A stretch of 48,727 bases of DNA from Chitinophagales bacterium (GCA_038249605.1 JBBSDH010000001.1:1-48727), one strand, 5' to 3'; numbered from the stretch's first letter, positions 34,123 to 42,787 are shown. Program-made: numbers and translations. Notes: generated by a model from the letters alone, not told the origin.

Positions 34123-34175
34123 CAATGAGGATTCCCTACGGGATGACAATCCCCGTTGTCATCCCGCAGGGAACC
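34105..34175. repeat. Hairpin with two alternative left arms (GGGATGACAA x2 / TTGTCATCCC) overlapping the rhomboid stop
   Basis: GGGATGACAA lies at 34116-34125 and 34140-34149, and TTGTCATCCC at 34156-34165. An outer extension pairs GGTTCCCTG (34105) with CAGGGAACC (to 34175). Confidence 0.7.
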
Positions 34176-34244
34176 AAATGTCCGCACCATTACATATCTG
34201 TCCAACATGCCCCACTTTCCCTTCACGGGTTGTCTAATTAGCGT

Positions 34245-34252
34245 TACTTTTG
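34245..34252 (+). promoter_or_regulatory. -7 promoter box TACTTTTG
   Basis: Exact match 66 nt upstream of the trxA ATG at 34318. Confidence 0.45.
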
Positions 34253-34317
34253 CAACCAAACACGTCTGAGAGGTGTTTTAATACTAAATATTTTCAAACA
34301 ACATAAATTTAAGCAAT

Positions 34318-34638
34318 ATGGCACGCGAATTCACGGATGCTAGCTTCCAAACAGAAGTTCTGGAAAGTGATAAAGTTACCCTCATCGACCTGTGGGCCGA
34401 ATGGTGCGGTCCCTGCCGCCAAATGACGCCTGTGATCGACGAGCTTTACAAAGAATACGAAGGTCGCGCCGTTATCGGCAAACTCAATGTTGACGACAAC
34501 CCGGAAGTACCCACGAACTACAACGTTCGCGGTATCCCTACGTTCCTGGTGTTCAAAGGCGGCGAACTGAAAGAAAAAATCGTCGGCGTACAGTCGAAAC
34601 AAGCCCTCCAAGCTAAAATCGATGCACTGCTGTCGTAA
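34318..34638 (+). CDS. trxA: Thioredoxin
   Basis: At 106 aa, it has the WCGPC active site (WAEWCGPCRQM). Confidence 0.95.
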   Translation: MAREFTDASFQTEVLESDKVTLIDLWAEWCGPCRQMTPVIDELYKEYEGRAVIGKLNVDDNPEVPTNYNVRGIPTFLVFKGGELKEKIVGVQSKQALQAKIDALLS

Positions 34639-34656
34639 GATTTTGTAGTTTTTTTG

Positions 34657-34696
34657 AAAAACGCCATCCAGGTTTTGCCTGGGTGGCGTTTTTTTA
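34657..34696. terminator. Bidirectional rho-independent terminator (trxA / nnr convergent)
   Basis: ACGCCATCCAGG (34661-34672) pairs with CCTGGGTGGCGT (34678-34689). It is flanked by an A-run upstream and T7 downstream. Confidence 0.8.
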
Positions 34697-36211
34697 TGAG
34701 ATGTCACCTAACGCACCCAAATTCAAGTACGCTTTCCCAAGAAACCCCGCCACATCCCCGGCAACCAGCGCTTCCTGGCCCATCTCCCGTGCTGCGAGAT
34801 CACCTGCCAACCCATGCAGATACACCCCCAGCAAAGCAGCCTCGGCAGACGTGTACCCCTGTGCCAACAACGCCGTGAGCACCCCGGTGAGCACATCGCC
34901 TGTGCCACCTGTAGCCATGCCCGGATTGCCTGTTGAGTTGTAAAAACACCTTCCATCCGGTAAAGCCACACAGGTGTTGGCGCCTTTCAATACAATCACC
35001 ACCTTGCGCTCTACGGCCATGCGGCGTTGAAGTTCGTTGCGTTCAAAACCGTTTTTGCATTTTCCAAACAGCCGCTCAAACTCACCCACGTGCGGGGTAA
35101 GGATGCTTCCCGGACGAATGAGGTGCCACCACGCCGAATTCATGGCAAGCAAATTCAAAGCGTCTGCATCAAGCACAACCAGCGTGCTGCACTGTGCGAG
35201 TGTTTTGCCCATGGCATCGGCGGTTTCCGGCGATTGGCCGATACCCGGACCGATGCCCACCGCATCGTACCGCGCCAGTTCTGGCGGCACTTCGGCCCAT
35301 ACCTGGGCACGCGTACCGGCGCTGTACATGGCTTCGGGCACGGCCGTTTGCAACACGAGGTATCCCATGCGTGGGGCGTGTACGGTAACCAGTCCGGCGC
35401 CTCCCCGCAATGCTCCGCCGGCCGCGAGCACTGCTGCGCCCATTTTGCCGTAACTGCCTGCAATGAGCAGGGCGCGACCAAAGGTGCCTTTGTGCGCAAA
35501 CCGTGTACGGGGTTTGTACAAAGCTCGGGCGTCGTAAGACGTTAAGTAATGGAACGGCGTATCGGTTTCGGAGGCAAAGCCAGGATCCAGCCCGATGCTG
35601 CCAAAAGACCAGTCGCCCAAAACATCTGCATTTTCCGGAAAAAAAAACGCGCGTTTGGGCGTTTCGAAGCTGAATGTGTGGGTAGCACGCCACATCGGGC
35701 CGTCCGTGTGTTCGTCGCACAACATGCCACTCGGCACGTCGATGGCGGCAACCGCGTTGGGTAGGGCGTTGAGCTTTTCGAGGAGCTCCGCCCATGTCCC
35801 TTCGAGCGGGCGGTTGAGTCCGCTGCCGAAAAGGGCGTCGATAAAAACGGTACGATCGGGAAATGGTGGCAGGTCCGAGGGTTGTTTGAGTTCAACAACT
35901 TGAACATCCGATGGCAGTAATTTGCGCTGGGCTTCAAAATCGTGCGAAGGTTTGCCGTTGAAGTTGACAACCAATACCCGTACATCGTAAAAGGCATGGT
36001 GTAGCAGCCGGGCCACGGCGAGTCCATCGCCACCGTTGTTGCCCGGGCCGGCGAAAACGGCCACGGGCCGCTGGGTATCGTTGTACAATTGTTTGAAACA
36101 GGTGGTGAACACCGTGGAGGCGCGGTTCATCAGGTCCACCGAAGCGATGGGCTCGTGTTCCATGGTGTGGGCATCCCAGGCGTGGGTTTGGGAGGTGGTA
36201 AAAAGTTTCAT
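34694..36211 (-). CDS. nnr: Bifunctional NAD(P)H-hydrate repair enzyme (epimerase + ADP-dependent dehydratase)
   Basis: The N-terminal YjeF_N block is GPGNNGGDG. The C-terminal carbohydrate-kinase block is GNPGMATGGTGDVLTG. The start was trimmed to ATG 36211. Confidence 0.9.
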   Translation of the reverse strand: MKLFTTSQTHAWDAHTMEHEPIASVDLMNRASTVFTTCFKQLYNDTQRPVAVFAGPGNNGGDGLAVARLLHHAFYDVRVLVVNFNGKPSHDFEAQRKLLPSDVQVVELKQPSDLPPFPDRTVFIDALFGSGLNRPLEGTWAELLEKLNALPNAVAAIDVPSGMLCDEHTDGPMWRATHTFSFETPKRAFFFPENADVLGDWSFGSIGLDPGFASETDTPFHYLTSYDARALYKPRTRFAHKGTFGRALLIAGSYGKMGAAVLAAGGALRGGAGLVTVHAPRMGYLVLQTAVPEAMYSAGTRAQVWAEVPPELARYDAVGIGPGIGQSPETADAMGKTLAQCSTLVVLDADALNLLAMNSAWWHLIRPGSILTPHVGEFERLFGKCKNGFERNELQRRMAVERKVVIVLKGANTCVALPDGRCFYNSTGNPGMATGGTGDVLTGVLTALLAQGYTSAEAALLGVYLHGLAGDLAAREMGQEALVAGDVAGFLGKAYLNLGALGDIS

Positions 36212-36444
36212 GGTGGGTTGTATTTTGGCAACCAACGAAGGTAACTGTTCCCACAGGTTTCATGCATGTCTTGGAAAGCCCTTTCCTAGCAGAAATTGAG
36301 GCAGCTCCAAAATCACTTTTGCATACAACCATTCATCTTATTGGTCCTACATTAGACGTGATGTGCGTTTTTTTTCGTATCTTGTCTTTTTTAATCCATA
36401 GAGCCTATATACACGTATTCTTAACAGTATTAAAATCTAACAAA

Positions 36445-36996
36445 ATGAACAAAACATTATTTGCGCTCGCTTTATTTATTTTTGCCTCCTTTGGGTTGCA
36501 AGCCCAGATTTACATCGGCGCCAGCGTCGGGAACTCTTTCGTCAACAAAAACCTGGAGGATGTGAACGGGGATGACTTTACGGTGGATGAAAACGCATTT
36601 GGTTATAAGGTATATGCAGGTTACAGCACCAAATTTCTTGGCATCGAAGGCGGTTACCGCGATTTGGGAGAATCAAAAAGAGATGTTGATCTCGGCAAAT
36701 TGAGGACCAAGATTACCGGTGTTGATGTTGCCGCACGGGGAAAAGTCAATCTCGGACCAGTCTTCGCTTTTGCCAAAGCAGGCGCCTTTTTTGCCAAATA
36801 CGAAAACGAAATCGGTACGTATTCCTACTCCGAGAACACCACCAACTTTTTGTGGGGATTGGGTGCCGGATTGCAGCTCAATAGGCTCGGCGTCAGGCTG
36901 GAGTATGAAGGATTGGGCAAGGAAAGCAACAGTTTGTCTATGCTGACAGCCGGCCTTTCCTTCAATTTAAGCAGAACTGAAGAAGAAATGAGATAA
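36445..36996 (+). CDS. Outer-membrane beta-barrel (OmpA-N/porin-like) protein
   Basis: The signal peptide is MNKTLFALALFIFASFGLQAQ. Alternating beta-strand patterns are present, with a terminal ..LTAGLSFN aromatic-rich strand. The start was set to ATG 36445. Confidence 0.7.
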   Translation: MNKTLFALALFIFASFGLQAQIYIGASVGNSFVNKNLEDVNGDDFTVDENAFGYKVYAGYSTKFLGIEGGYRDLGESKRDVDLGKLRTKITGVDVAARGKVNLGPVFAFAKAGAFFAKYENEIGTYSYSENTTNFLWGLGAGLQLNRLGVRLEYEGLGKESNSLSMLTAGLSFNLSRTEEEMR

Positions 36997-37143
36997 ACCT
37001 TCTTTGGAAGTGATGGCTTCGAAACATAATTTCCCAACCCAATTTTTTTAGCATTTTTTTGAAAGTTGGTAAGGAAAATGTTGTGTTTGTTTTGGGCTTC
37101 ATAGGCCCACTAAGCTTATTTTCAAGCTGAGCGATCCTTACGC

Positions 37144-37184
37144 GCCCCCGCCTTCGGTCATTTGTACCGAGGCGGGGGCTTTTT
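37144..37184 (+). terminator. Rho-independent terminator about 150 nt downstream of the beta-barrel gene
   Basis: GCCCCCGCCTTCGG pairs with CCGAGGCGGGGGC (37144-37179), followed by TTTTT. Confidence 0.75.
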
Positions 37185-37501
37185 ATTTGGGGGTGAAGAG
37201 GCAATCATTGTAATTACGAGCCACAAACCATCAACAACCTGTTTGGGTGCAATTCGCTGGCCCTTTCGCACATCGAAGGCTGCGGCACGGTGGTACATTG
37301 GTGGTTGTATGGGGTGCTTTTTGGGGGTGTATAAGGGCGGATAGAGGAACGGTGGACATAATACAGCTGCATCAGATGATGGGTTGCTGACATTTTTGGA
37401 AATTTATTGGGGATATTTTTGGAGATTTGGCGGAGACGCATTATGTTTGTTTGGCATTTTTCAAGATTATCGAGAATGTTTAATATGGTGAATTAGCTGA
37501 T

Positions 37502-37780
37502 CTACATCTGCCGCTTAGCATTAAAGACAAAAACAACCCCAATGAAAGAAGACCTAATTGAAATATACATCCTGCCAAGCGAATGCAGTATAAGTGTTAC
37601 CGATGCGGCCAGTTGTGCGTAGAGCTCGAGCCAAGAACACCACCAAATACCAAAAATGGGATGAACCACCAACCCAACGATATGTTGTAAAAAGTTGATT
37701 TTAGGTAAACCCCGGATGCCAGGCAAGACAATAGCGACAAACGGTAGACTTTTTCCACATACCCATACAACACAAACCAA
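37502..37780 (-). CDS. Doubtful small hydrophobic ORF
   Basis: This 92-aa ORF has hydrophobic stretches only and no recognisable family. It lies in an AT-rich, gene-poor stretch. Confidence 0.2.
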   Translation of the reverse strand: MVCVVWVCGKSLPFVAIVLPGIRGLPKINFLQHIVGLVVHPIFGIWWCSWLELYAQLAASVTLILHSLGRMYISIRSSFIGVVFVFNAKRQM

Positions 37781-37916
37781 TGAAAAACTCCACCCTACTT
37801 AAAGCACTGCTGCTGACAGCATCCCCCTGATACCAAAACAAAGGATCGGCTCAAATCCAGGCTATTTTGTACCTTTTTGAAGTTAATCCGGGGGTTAATT
37901 GCCGTGTTGAGGCAGC

Positions 37917-38198
37917 ATGCCAGCTGGTCCCAACCGTCTCGACTTGCGACGGACGCCATCGGTGACTTTTTCGGGAATTAGGGATGTTTGTCTGGGCAGT
38001 TGTTTGGATTTGACGGTGAATTTGACAGGAACACCGCCTTTAAACCTTACCTATACGTGCTCGGTTACAGGGCAGCAAACACAAACTTTCAATGCCAACA
38101 CAGGCATTTTGCAAATTTGTCCGCCGGCAGATACACCGACTGGCAACCCTACCGTAGCGGCCATCGGTTTGACGGATTCTAACTGTACCTGTCAGTAG
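37917..38198 (+). pseudogene. Isolated Ig-like adhesin repeat (fragment of a large Bacteroidota surface-protein gene?)
   Basis: The translation ..TFSG.RDVCLGSCLDLTVNLTGTPPLNLTYT..QTQTF..P.DTPTGNPTVAAIGLTDSNCTC resembles the repeated ~80-aa module of gliding/CHU_C-type adhesins. There is no signal peptide. A 16-codon signal-peptide-like ORF (37780-37830, MKNSTLLKALLLTASP*) lies upstream and is interrupted by a stop. Confidence 0.3.
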
Positions 38199-38218
38199 TT
38201 TTTTGCACTGTTCACTTT

Positions 38219-38226
38219 TAGCTTTG
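38219..38226 (+). promoter_or_regulatory. -7 promoter box TAGCTTTG
   Basis: Matches TAnnTTTG 68 nt upstream of ATG 38294. Confidence 0.35.
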
Positions 38227-38293
38227 AAAGTAATCTTTTTTGAAACAGTTGAAAGAACCAGTTAATTCCAAATTTATACAAATTTTATCCACC

Positions 38294-38653
38294 ATGCTCC
38301 TCTCCCTCATACCCAAACTCCCGGCCAAAGACCTCGACGCTACGCGCGATTTTTACGTCAACATCCTCGGATTCAAACTGCTGTCTCAATACCCAGAATA
38401 CATCATTCTGGTCCGTGACGGCGTGGAGGTGCATTTTTACCCCAACGTTCATGTCATTCCGGAACAATCCGATTACATGGTGTACGTCCGGGTAAACAAC
38501 ATCGACGAATTGTATCGGGAGCTCACTGGCAAAGGCGCCCGGAAGGCCGATTACGGCATTTTGGAAAACAAACCCTGGGGGCAAAGGGAATTTTCGGTGA
38601 CGGATGTCAACGGGCATTGCCTGACGTTTGGGCAGAAAGAATCATCAGAATAA
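38294..38653 (+). CDS. VOC (glyoxalase/bleomycin-resistance) family protein
   Basis: At 119 aa, the LIPKLPAKDLDATRDFYVNILGFKL start and ..PWGQREFSVTDVNGHCLTFGQ end are typical of small bleomycin-resistance-like VOC proteins. The start was set to ATG 38294. Confidence 0.8.
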   Translation: MLLSLIPKLPAKDLDATRDFYVNILGFKLLSQYPEYIILVRDGVEVHFYPNVHVIPEQSDYMVYVRVNNIDELYRELTGKGARKADYGILENKPWGQREFSVTDVNGHCLTFGQKESSE

Positions 38654-38694
38654 AATAGTTTTGTGTTGCTACATTGTCGCTCAAACGAAAGACA

Positions 38695-40656
38695 ATGCTC
38701 AAAAAAGCGCTCAAATTCCTGGCGTATACCTTTGGCGGACTACTGGCCATCGTCCTGCTCACCGCCCTATTTGTATACTTCAAATCCTCGTGGAAAGCTT
38801 CTTCCGACATGGCCCTGCTGGGCCAGGAAGCACCTGTGCTCTCCGCAGACGGCTTGTCGTTCCGCGACCTGAATAAAAACGGCCGGCTGGATGTTTATGA
38901 GGACCATCGGGCCGACATCAACAGTCGGGTGGACGACCTGACCAAACAACTGAACCTCGAAGAAAAAGCGGGACTGATGTTCATCACCATGGCGGGCATG
39001 AGCGACGACGGTTCGTTGAGCAACGTATCGTCGGTTATGAATCCATTTTCCCTGTTTTTGGAATCCAACGCTTCCATGGTGGCGAAGAAAAAGATGAGCC
39101 ACTTCAACACCATACAGTCGCTCACGCCCGAAGCCATGATTGTATGGCACAACAAAATCCAAAAACTGGCCGAACGCACCCGTCTGGGCATCCCGGTGAC
39201 GCTGGCGACGGACCCGCGCCACGGCGTGCCCAACGCCGTAGGCGCCAGCATTTACACGCCGTTTTTTTCGTCCTGGTGCTCACCGCCGGGTTTTGCAGCC
39301 ATCGGCGACACGGTTCTGATGCGCGAGTTCGGCGACATCGCGCGGCAGGAGTGCCTGGCAGTCGGCTTTAAACTAACCTTGTCGCCCATGGCCGATCTGG
39401 CCACCGAGCCGCGCTGGGCACGCATCAACGGCACCTTTGGAGAAGACGCCGAACTGTCGGCAAAAATGACCAAAGCCTACATCCTGGGTTTTCAGGGCGA
39501 CAGCTTGAGCACCCAAAGTGTGGCGTGTATGGTGAAACACTTTGCAGGCGGCGGTCCGCAGGAAGACGGCATGGACGCGCACTTTCCACCGGGCAGACAG
39601 GCGTATCCTGGCAACAACTTCAATTACCATTTGATTCCTTTTGAAAAAGGCGCTTTTGCTGCCAATGTCTCCCAAATTATGCCCTATTACGGTATTCCGG
39701 TTGGACAAACCAACGAGGATGTAGGCTTTGGGTACAACAAACAAATCATTACGGGCATGTTGCGGGAAAAATACCATTTCGACGGCATTGTTTGTACAGA
39801 CTGGGGTTTGGTTTCCGACATGAGCATCATGGGCGTGGTTTTGAAACCCTCGTCGGCGCATGGTGTGGAAAACCTGTCTGTACCCGAACGTGTGGCCAAA
39901 ATCATTGATGCCGGTTGTGACATGTTCGGAGGTGAAGCGATTCCCGAAGTGGTGATCGATCTGGTGCAATCGGGTAAAATCAGTGAAGCACGCATCGATG
40001 TTTCGGTCAAACGAATACTCCGGGAGAAATTCCGTTTGGGGTTGTTCGACAATCCTTATTTGAAAGCAGAAAACATATCTGTTTTTGGAAAAGAGGCTTT
40101 TTTGGAAAAAGGCAGGGAATCGCAAAGGCGTTCGTTGGTTTTATTGAAAAACGAAAACAACATTTTACCGTTGAAAGCGGCCACTAAAATATACCTCCAG
40201 GGATTCAACAAAGAAGATTCCCAACAATATACAAACGTGGTAAACCGTATGGAAGATGCGGACGTGGTAGTTTTAAAATTGAACACACCTTTCAATGCCG
40301 ATGCGGGTAAATACCCGATGGAACGAATTTTCCACCAGGGAAGCCTCGATTTCCCTGAAGAGGAAAAGGCGGCGTTGCTGAAACTGATGAAAACCAAACC
40401 AACCATCACCGTTATGAACCTGGAAAGACCCGCCGTTTTCCCGGAAATCAATGCAGAAAGCAAGGCGGTTGTAGGAGACTTCAGCAGTCAGGACGGCATC
40501 ATCCTGGATCTTATTTTTGGCAAATTCAAACCGACGGGCAAACTGCCGTTTGAATTACCCTCTTCCATGGAGGCTGTTTCGAAACAAAAAGAAGATGTGC
40601 CTTACGACAGTGGGAACCCGTTGTACAGGTTTGGGTTTGGATTGACGTATGAGTAA
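38695..40656 (+). CDS. Glycoside hydrolase family 3 protein (beta-glucosidase-like)
   Basis: An N-terminal TM/signal is present. GH3 blocks are DPRHG, KHFAGGGPQEDG and GIVCTDWG (nucleophile Asp region), with a C-terminal GH3_C-like domain ending PLYRFGFGLTY. Confidence 0.9.
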   Translation: MLKKALKFLAYTFGGLLAIVLLTALFVYFKSSWKASSDMALLGQEAPVLSADGLSFRDLNKNGRLDVYEDHRADINSRVDDLTKQLNLEEKAGLMFITMAGMSDDGSLSNVSSVMNPFSLFLESNASMVAKKKMSHFNTIQSLTPEAMIVWHNKIQKLAERTRLGIPVTLATDPRHGVPNAVGASIYTPFFSSWCSPPGFAAIGDTVLMREFGDIARQECLAVGFKLTLSPMADLATEPRWARINGTFGEDAELSAKMTKAYILGFQGDSLSTQSVACMVKHFAGGGPQEDGMDAHFPPGRQAYPGNNFNYHLIPFEKGAFAANVSQIMPYYGIPVGQTNEDVGFGYNKQIITGMLREKYHFDGIVCTDWGLVSDMSIMGVVLKPSSAHGVENLSVPERVAKIIDAGCDMFGGEAIPEVVIDLVQSGKISEARIDVSVKRILREKFRLGLFDNPYLKAENISVFGKEAFLEKGRESQRRSLVLLKNENNILPLKAATKIYLQGFNKEDSQQYTNVVNRMEDADVVVLKLNTPFNADAGKYPMERIFHQGSLDFPEEEKAALLKLMKTKPTITVMNLERPAVFPEINAESKAVVGDFSSQDGIILDLIFGKFKPTGKLPFELPSSMEAVSKQKEDVPYDSGNPLYRFGFGLTYE

Positions 40657-40705
40657 GGAAAATCACTGTTTAGCCAACATGGGTTTTGCGGCCGTCCGGA
40701 TGATG

Positions 40706-40768
40706 ACAAGTGCCGCGTCCAGAGAATGACATACAGTTTCGCACCACAAGTGTCGCGTCTAGTGAATG
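40706..40768. repeat. Two 23-nt direct repeats (period 40 nt) in a convergent intergenic region
   Basis: ACAAGTGCCGCGTCCAGAGAATG (40706-40728) and ACAAGTGTCGCGTCTAGTGAATG (40746-40768) match at 20/23. Confidence 0.75.
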
Positions 40769-40886
40769 TTATGAAACCGGTTAATCCCATGCAATGATGA
40801 TTCCATGAACTGCAAAATCACCCTGTACAGTTTGCCGTTTTTGGCGACCGTTGAAGTGGCGGTGATGGAGCTTCAGTAATAAATCC

Positions 40887-42599
40887 TCAAAATTCCGGAT
40901 CCAACTGCACCACCACGCTCTCCTTGCTGATCGGATGCAAGAACTCGATGCGGTCGGCGTGCAAATGCAGTCGTTTCCCTTTGTTGCCGTACAATTCGTC
41001 GCCAAGGATGGGCGCATTTAAACCCTTCGGGTGTGCGGCGTGTACGCGCAACTGATGGGTACGGCCAGTAATTGGGAAAAAATACACGCGGGTTGTGTTT
41101 TGCTCCCGTGAAATTACGGTCCACGTAGTACGGGCGTGTTTGCCGTACTCGTAACAAACCATTTGCCGCGGCCGGTCGTCGAGGTCAACGCGCAGCGGCA
41201 AGTCTATAGTCCCCGATTCTACTTCGATCAAACCCTCCAAGATCGTTACGTAGCGTTTTTTAATGGTGCGCTCGATGAATTGGCTTTGCAAGGCCTTGTA
41301 TACCTCTGCGGTTTTGGCCACCAGCATCAGGCCCGAGGTGCCCATGTCGAGACGGTGTACCACGAGTGGTCCGGTAGCTTCCGGATACCGCTGTTTCATG
41401 CGAAAAAGCACAGAATCCGTGACATTTTTGCCCGGAACGGAGAGCAGCGACGCAGGTTTGTTCACCACCAGCAGGTGCTCGTCTTCGTACAAAATCCCTA
41501 TTTCGAGCGCGTCTGCCCGACCGTCCAGCAATGGATTTTTATCAATCGCCATGCCTTCGAGCATGTGTCCCAGGATAGGCTCACATTTTCCACGGCAGGC
41601 GGGGTAAAACTGGCCGTGTTTGCGGACCTCGCCCACCGGTGATTCGCCCCACCAGAATTCGGCCATGGCGACGGGTTTGAGGTTGTGCAGGAAGGCGTAT
41701 TGCAGCAGTTTGGGCGCTGAGCACTCGCCTGCGCCTGCAGGTGGCGACGTGGCTGCGTTGCGTTGGAAAATGTCGGCCAGACTTTTTTGTTGTCCTAACC
41801 GGTTGAGGAAAAAATAATGGTCGAAGATTTGCTGCTGTAGGGCAGAAGACTTCCTTTTACGGGTTTCTTTCCACGTCTGTATTTCCTCAATAATGGGCTC
41901 AATTTGCGTTTGAAGTTGCTCCAAACGTTGTTTCCAGTACTTTTTCAGGTCGCGCAGCACGTAATGGTCGCGTTTACTTTCTTCGATCAGTGCTTCGTCA
42001 AGTGCCTGAAAATCCTCCAGGGAAAGCAGCTTTCCCTGTGCTTCGCGGCTACGTTTCCGGTCGAGTTTGCTGGCTTTTGCCCGTTGTTTTTCCGCCTCCA
42101 ATTGCCGTTCGGCTTCGGCGGTTTCAGCTTGAAGTAGTTCGAGGAGTTTGGGCAAAAACGGGTTTTGCTCAAGGTTTTCAATTTGCCGGTTCATGGCGTT
42201 GAGTTCCTCCTCTCCTTTCCGGTAAAAACCATCCTCATCGAGCAGATCGAATACGGGTGGAACAAAACCCGGATGGTGGTTTTTACCGCCCAGTTTACCG
42301 GAAAAGGCAGACAGATAACCGAGTTCGTTTTGTTGGTTCAATACCACCAAAACCCCAAACATTTTTCCGTAAGCCAAGCCTTCCTGACCGGGTTCCAAAC
42401 TAAAATTGTGGTCAAATACCGATTGCGCTTCCAGGTATTGCCGAAGTTCCTTTGCAGCCTGCAAACACCATGGATGAGGCGTGTATTGGAAAGGAAAGGT
42501 AAACTGCTCGGGCAGTGACACGTCGTGCACGGGCTCCTGAAAGCGGGTAAAGCAGTCCGGCTGAACAGCAACAGGTGGTATAGAATCTGAGACAATCAT
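40887..42599 (-). CDS. RluA-family pseudouridine synthase with a ~360-aa N-terminal extension
   Basis: The C-terminal half has the RluA core (LLVVNKPASLLSVPG, HRLDMGTSGLMLVAK, ITGRTHQLRVH). The N-terminal region is of unknown type. The start is taken as ATG 42599, and GTG 42701 is possible. Confidence 0.85.
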   Translation of the reverse strand: MIVSDSIPPVAVQPDCFTRFQEPVHDVSLPEQFTFPFQYTPHPWCLQAAKELRQYLEAQSVFDHNFSLEPGQEGLAYGKMFGVLVVLNQQNELGYLSAFSGKLGGKNHHPGFVPPVFDLLDEDGFYRKGEEELNAMNRQIENLEQNPFLPKLLELLQAETAEAERQLEAEKQRAKASKLDRKRSREAQGKLLSLEDFQALDEALIEESKRDHYVLRDLKKYWKQRLEQLQTQIEPIIEEIQTWKETRKRKSSALQQQIFDHYFFLNRLGQQKSLADIFQRNAATSPPAGAGECSAPKLLQYAFLHNLKPVAMAEFWWGESPVGEVRKHGQFYPACRGKCEPILGHMLEGMAIDKNPLLDGRADALEIGILYEDEHLLVVNKPASLLSVPGKNVTDSVLFRMKQRYPEATGPLVVHRLDMGTSGLMLVAKTAEVYKALQSQFIERTIKKRYVTILEGLIEVESGTIDLPLRVDLDDRPRQMVCYEYGKHARTTWTVISREQNTTRVYFFPITGRTHQLRVHAAHPKGLNAPILGDELYGNKGKRLHLHADRIEFLHPISKESVVVQLDPEF

Positions 42600-42665
42600 T
42601 GGTGATGCAAAAGTAGGGGTTTTATGAGTGCACACCGGTAATTTGGCGCTAACTTTGGTTTTTAG

Positions 42666-42787
42666 GCGAGGTGTCGTCTCCGACGAAGGAGGAGGTAACA
42701 CCTCGCACAGTGCGGTTGAAGAACCTCATAATTGTTTTCAGTTACGTGTCACCTCCTCCTGCGCCATAGATGACACGTAACTGAAAA
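42666..42787. promoter_or_regulatory. Two-hairpin structured element with mutually complementary loops, in a divergent intergenic region
   Basis: Hairpin 1 is 42666-42674/42698-42706 (9 bp). Hairpin 2 is 42735-42751/42771-42787 (17 bp, perfect). Loop 1 AGGAGGAGGT (42687-42696) is the exact complement of loop 2 ACCTCCTCCT (42751-42760). Confidence 0.5.

Noticed and set aside
40602-40790. 62-aa minus-strand ORF
   Set aside because: It overlaps the GH3 3' end in antisense and spans the 23-nt direct repeats. It has no family resemblance.
42600-42701. 34-codon N-terminal extension (GTG 42701) of the RluA-family ORF
   Set aside because: It would make hairpin 1 of the structured element coding (PPPSSETTPR). 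The ATG at 42599 gives a plausible start. I keep it as an uncertainty, not a call.
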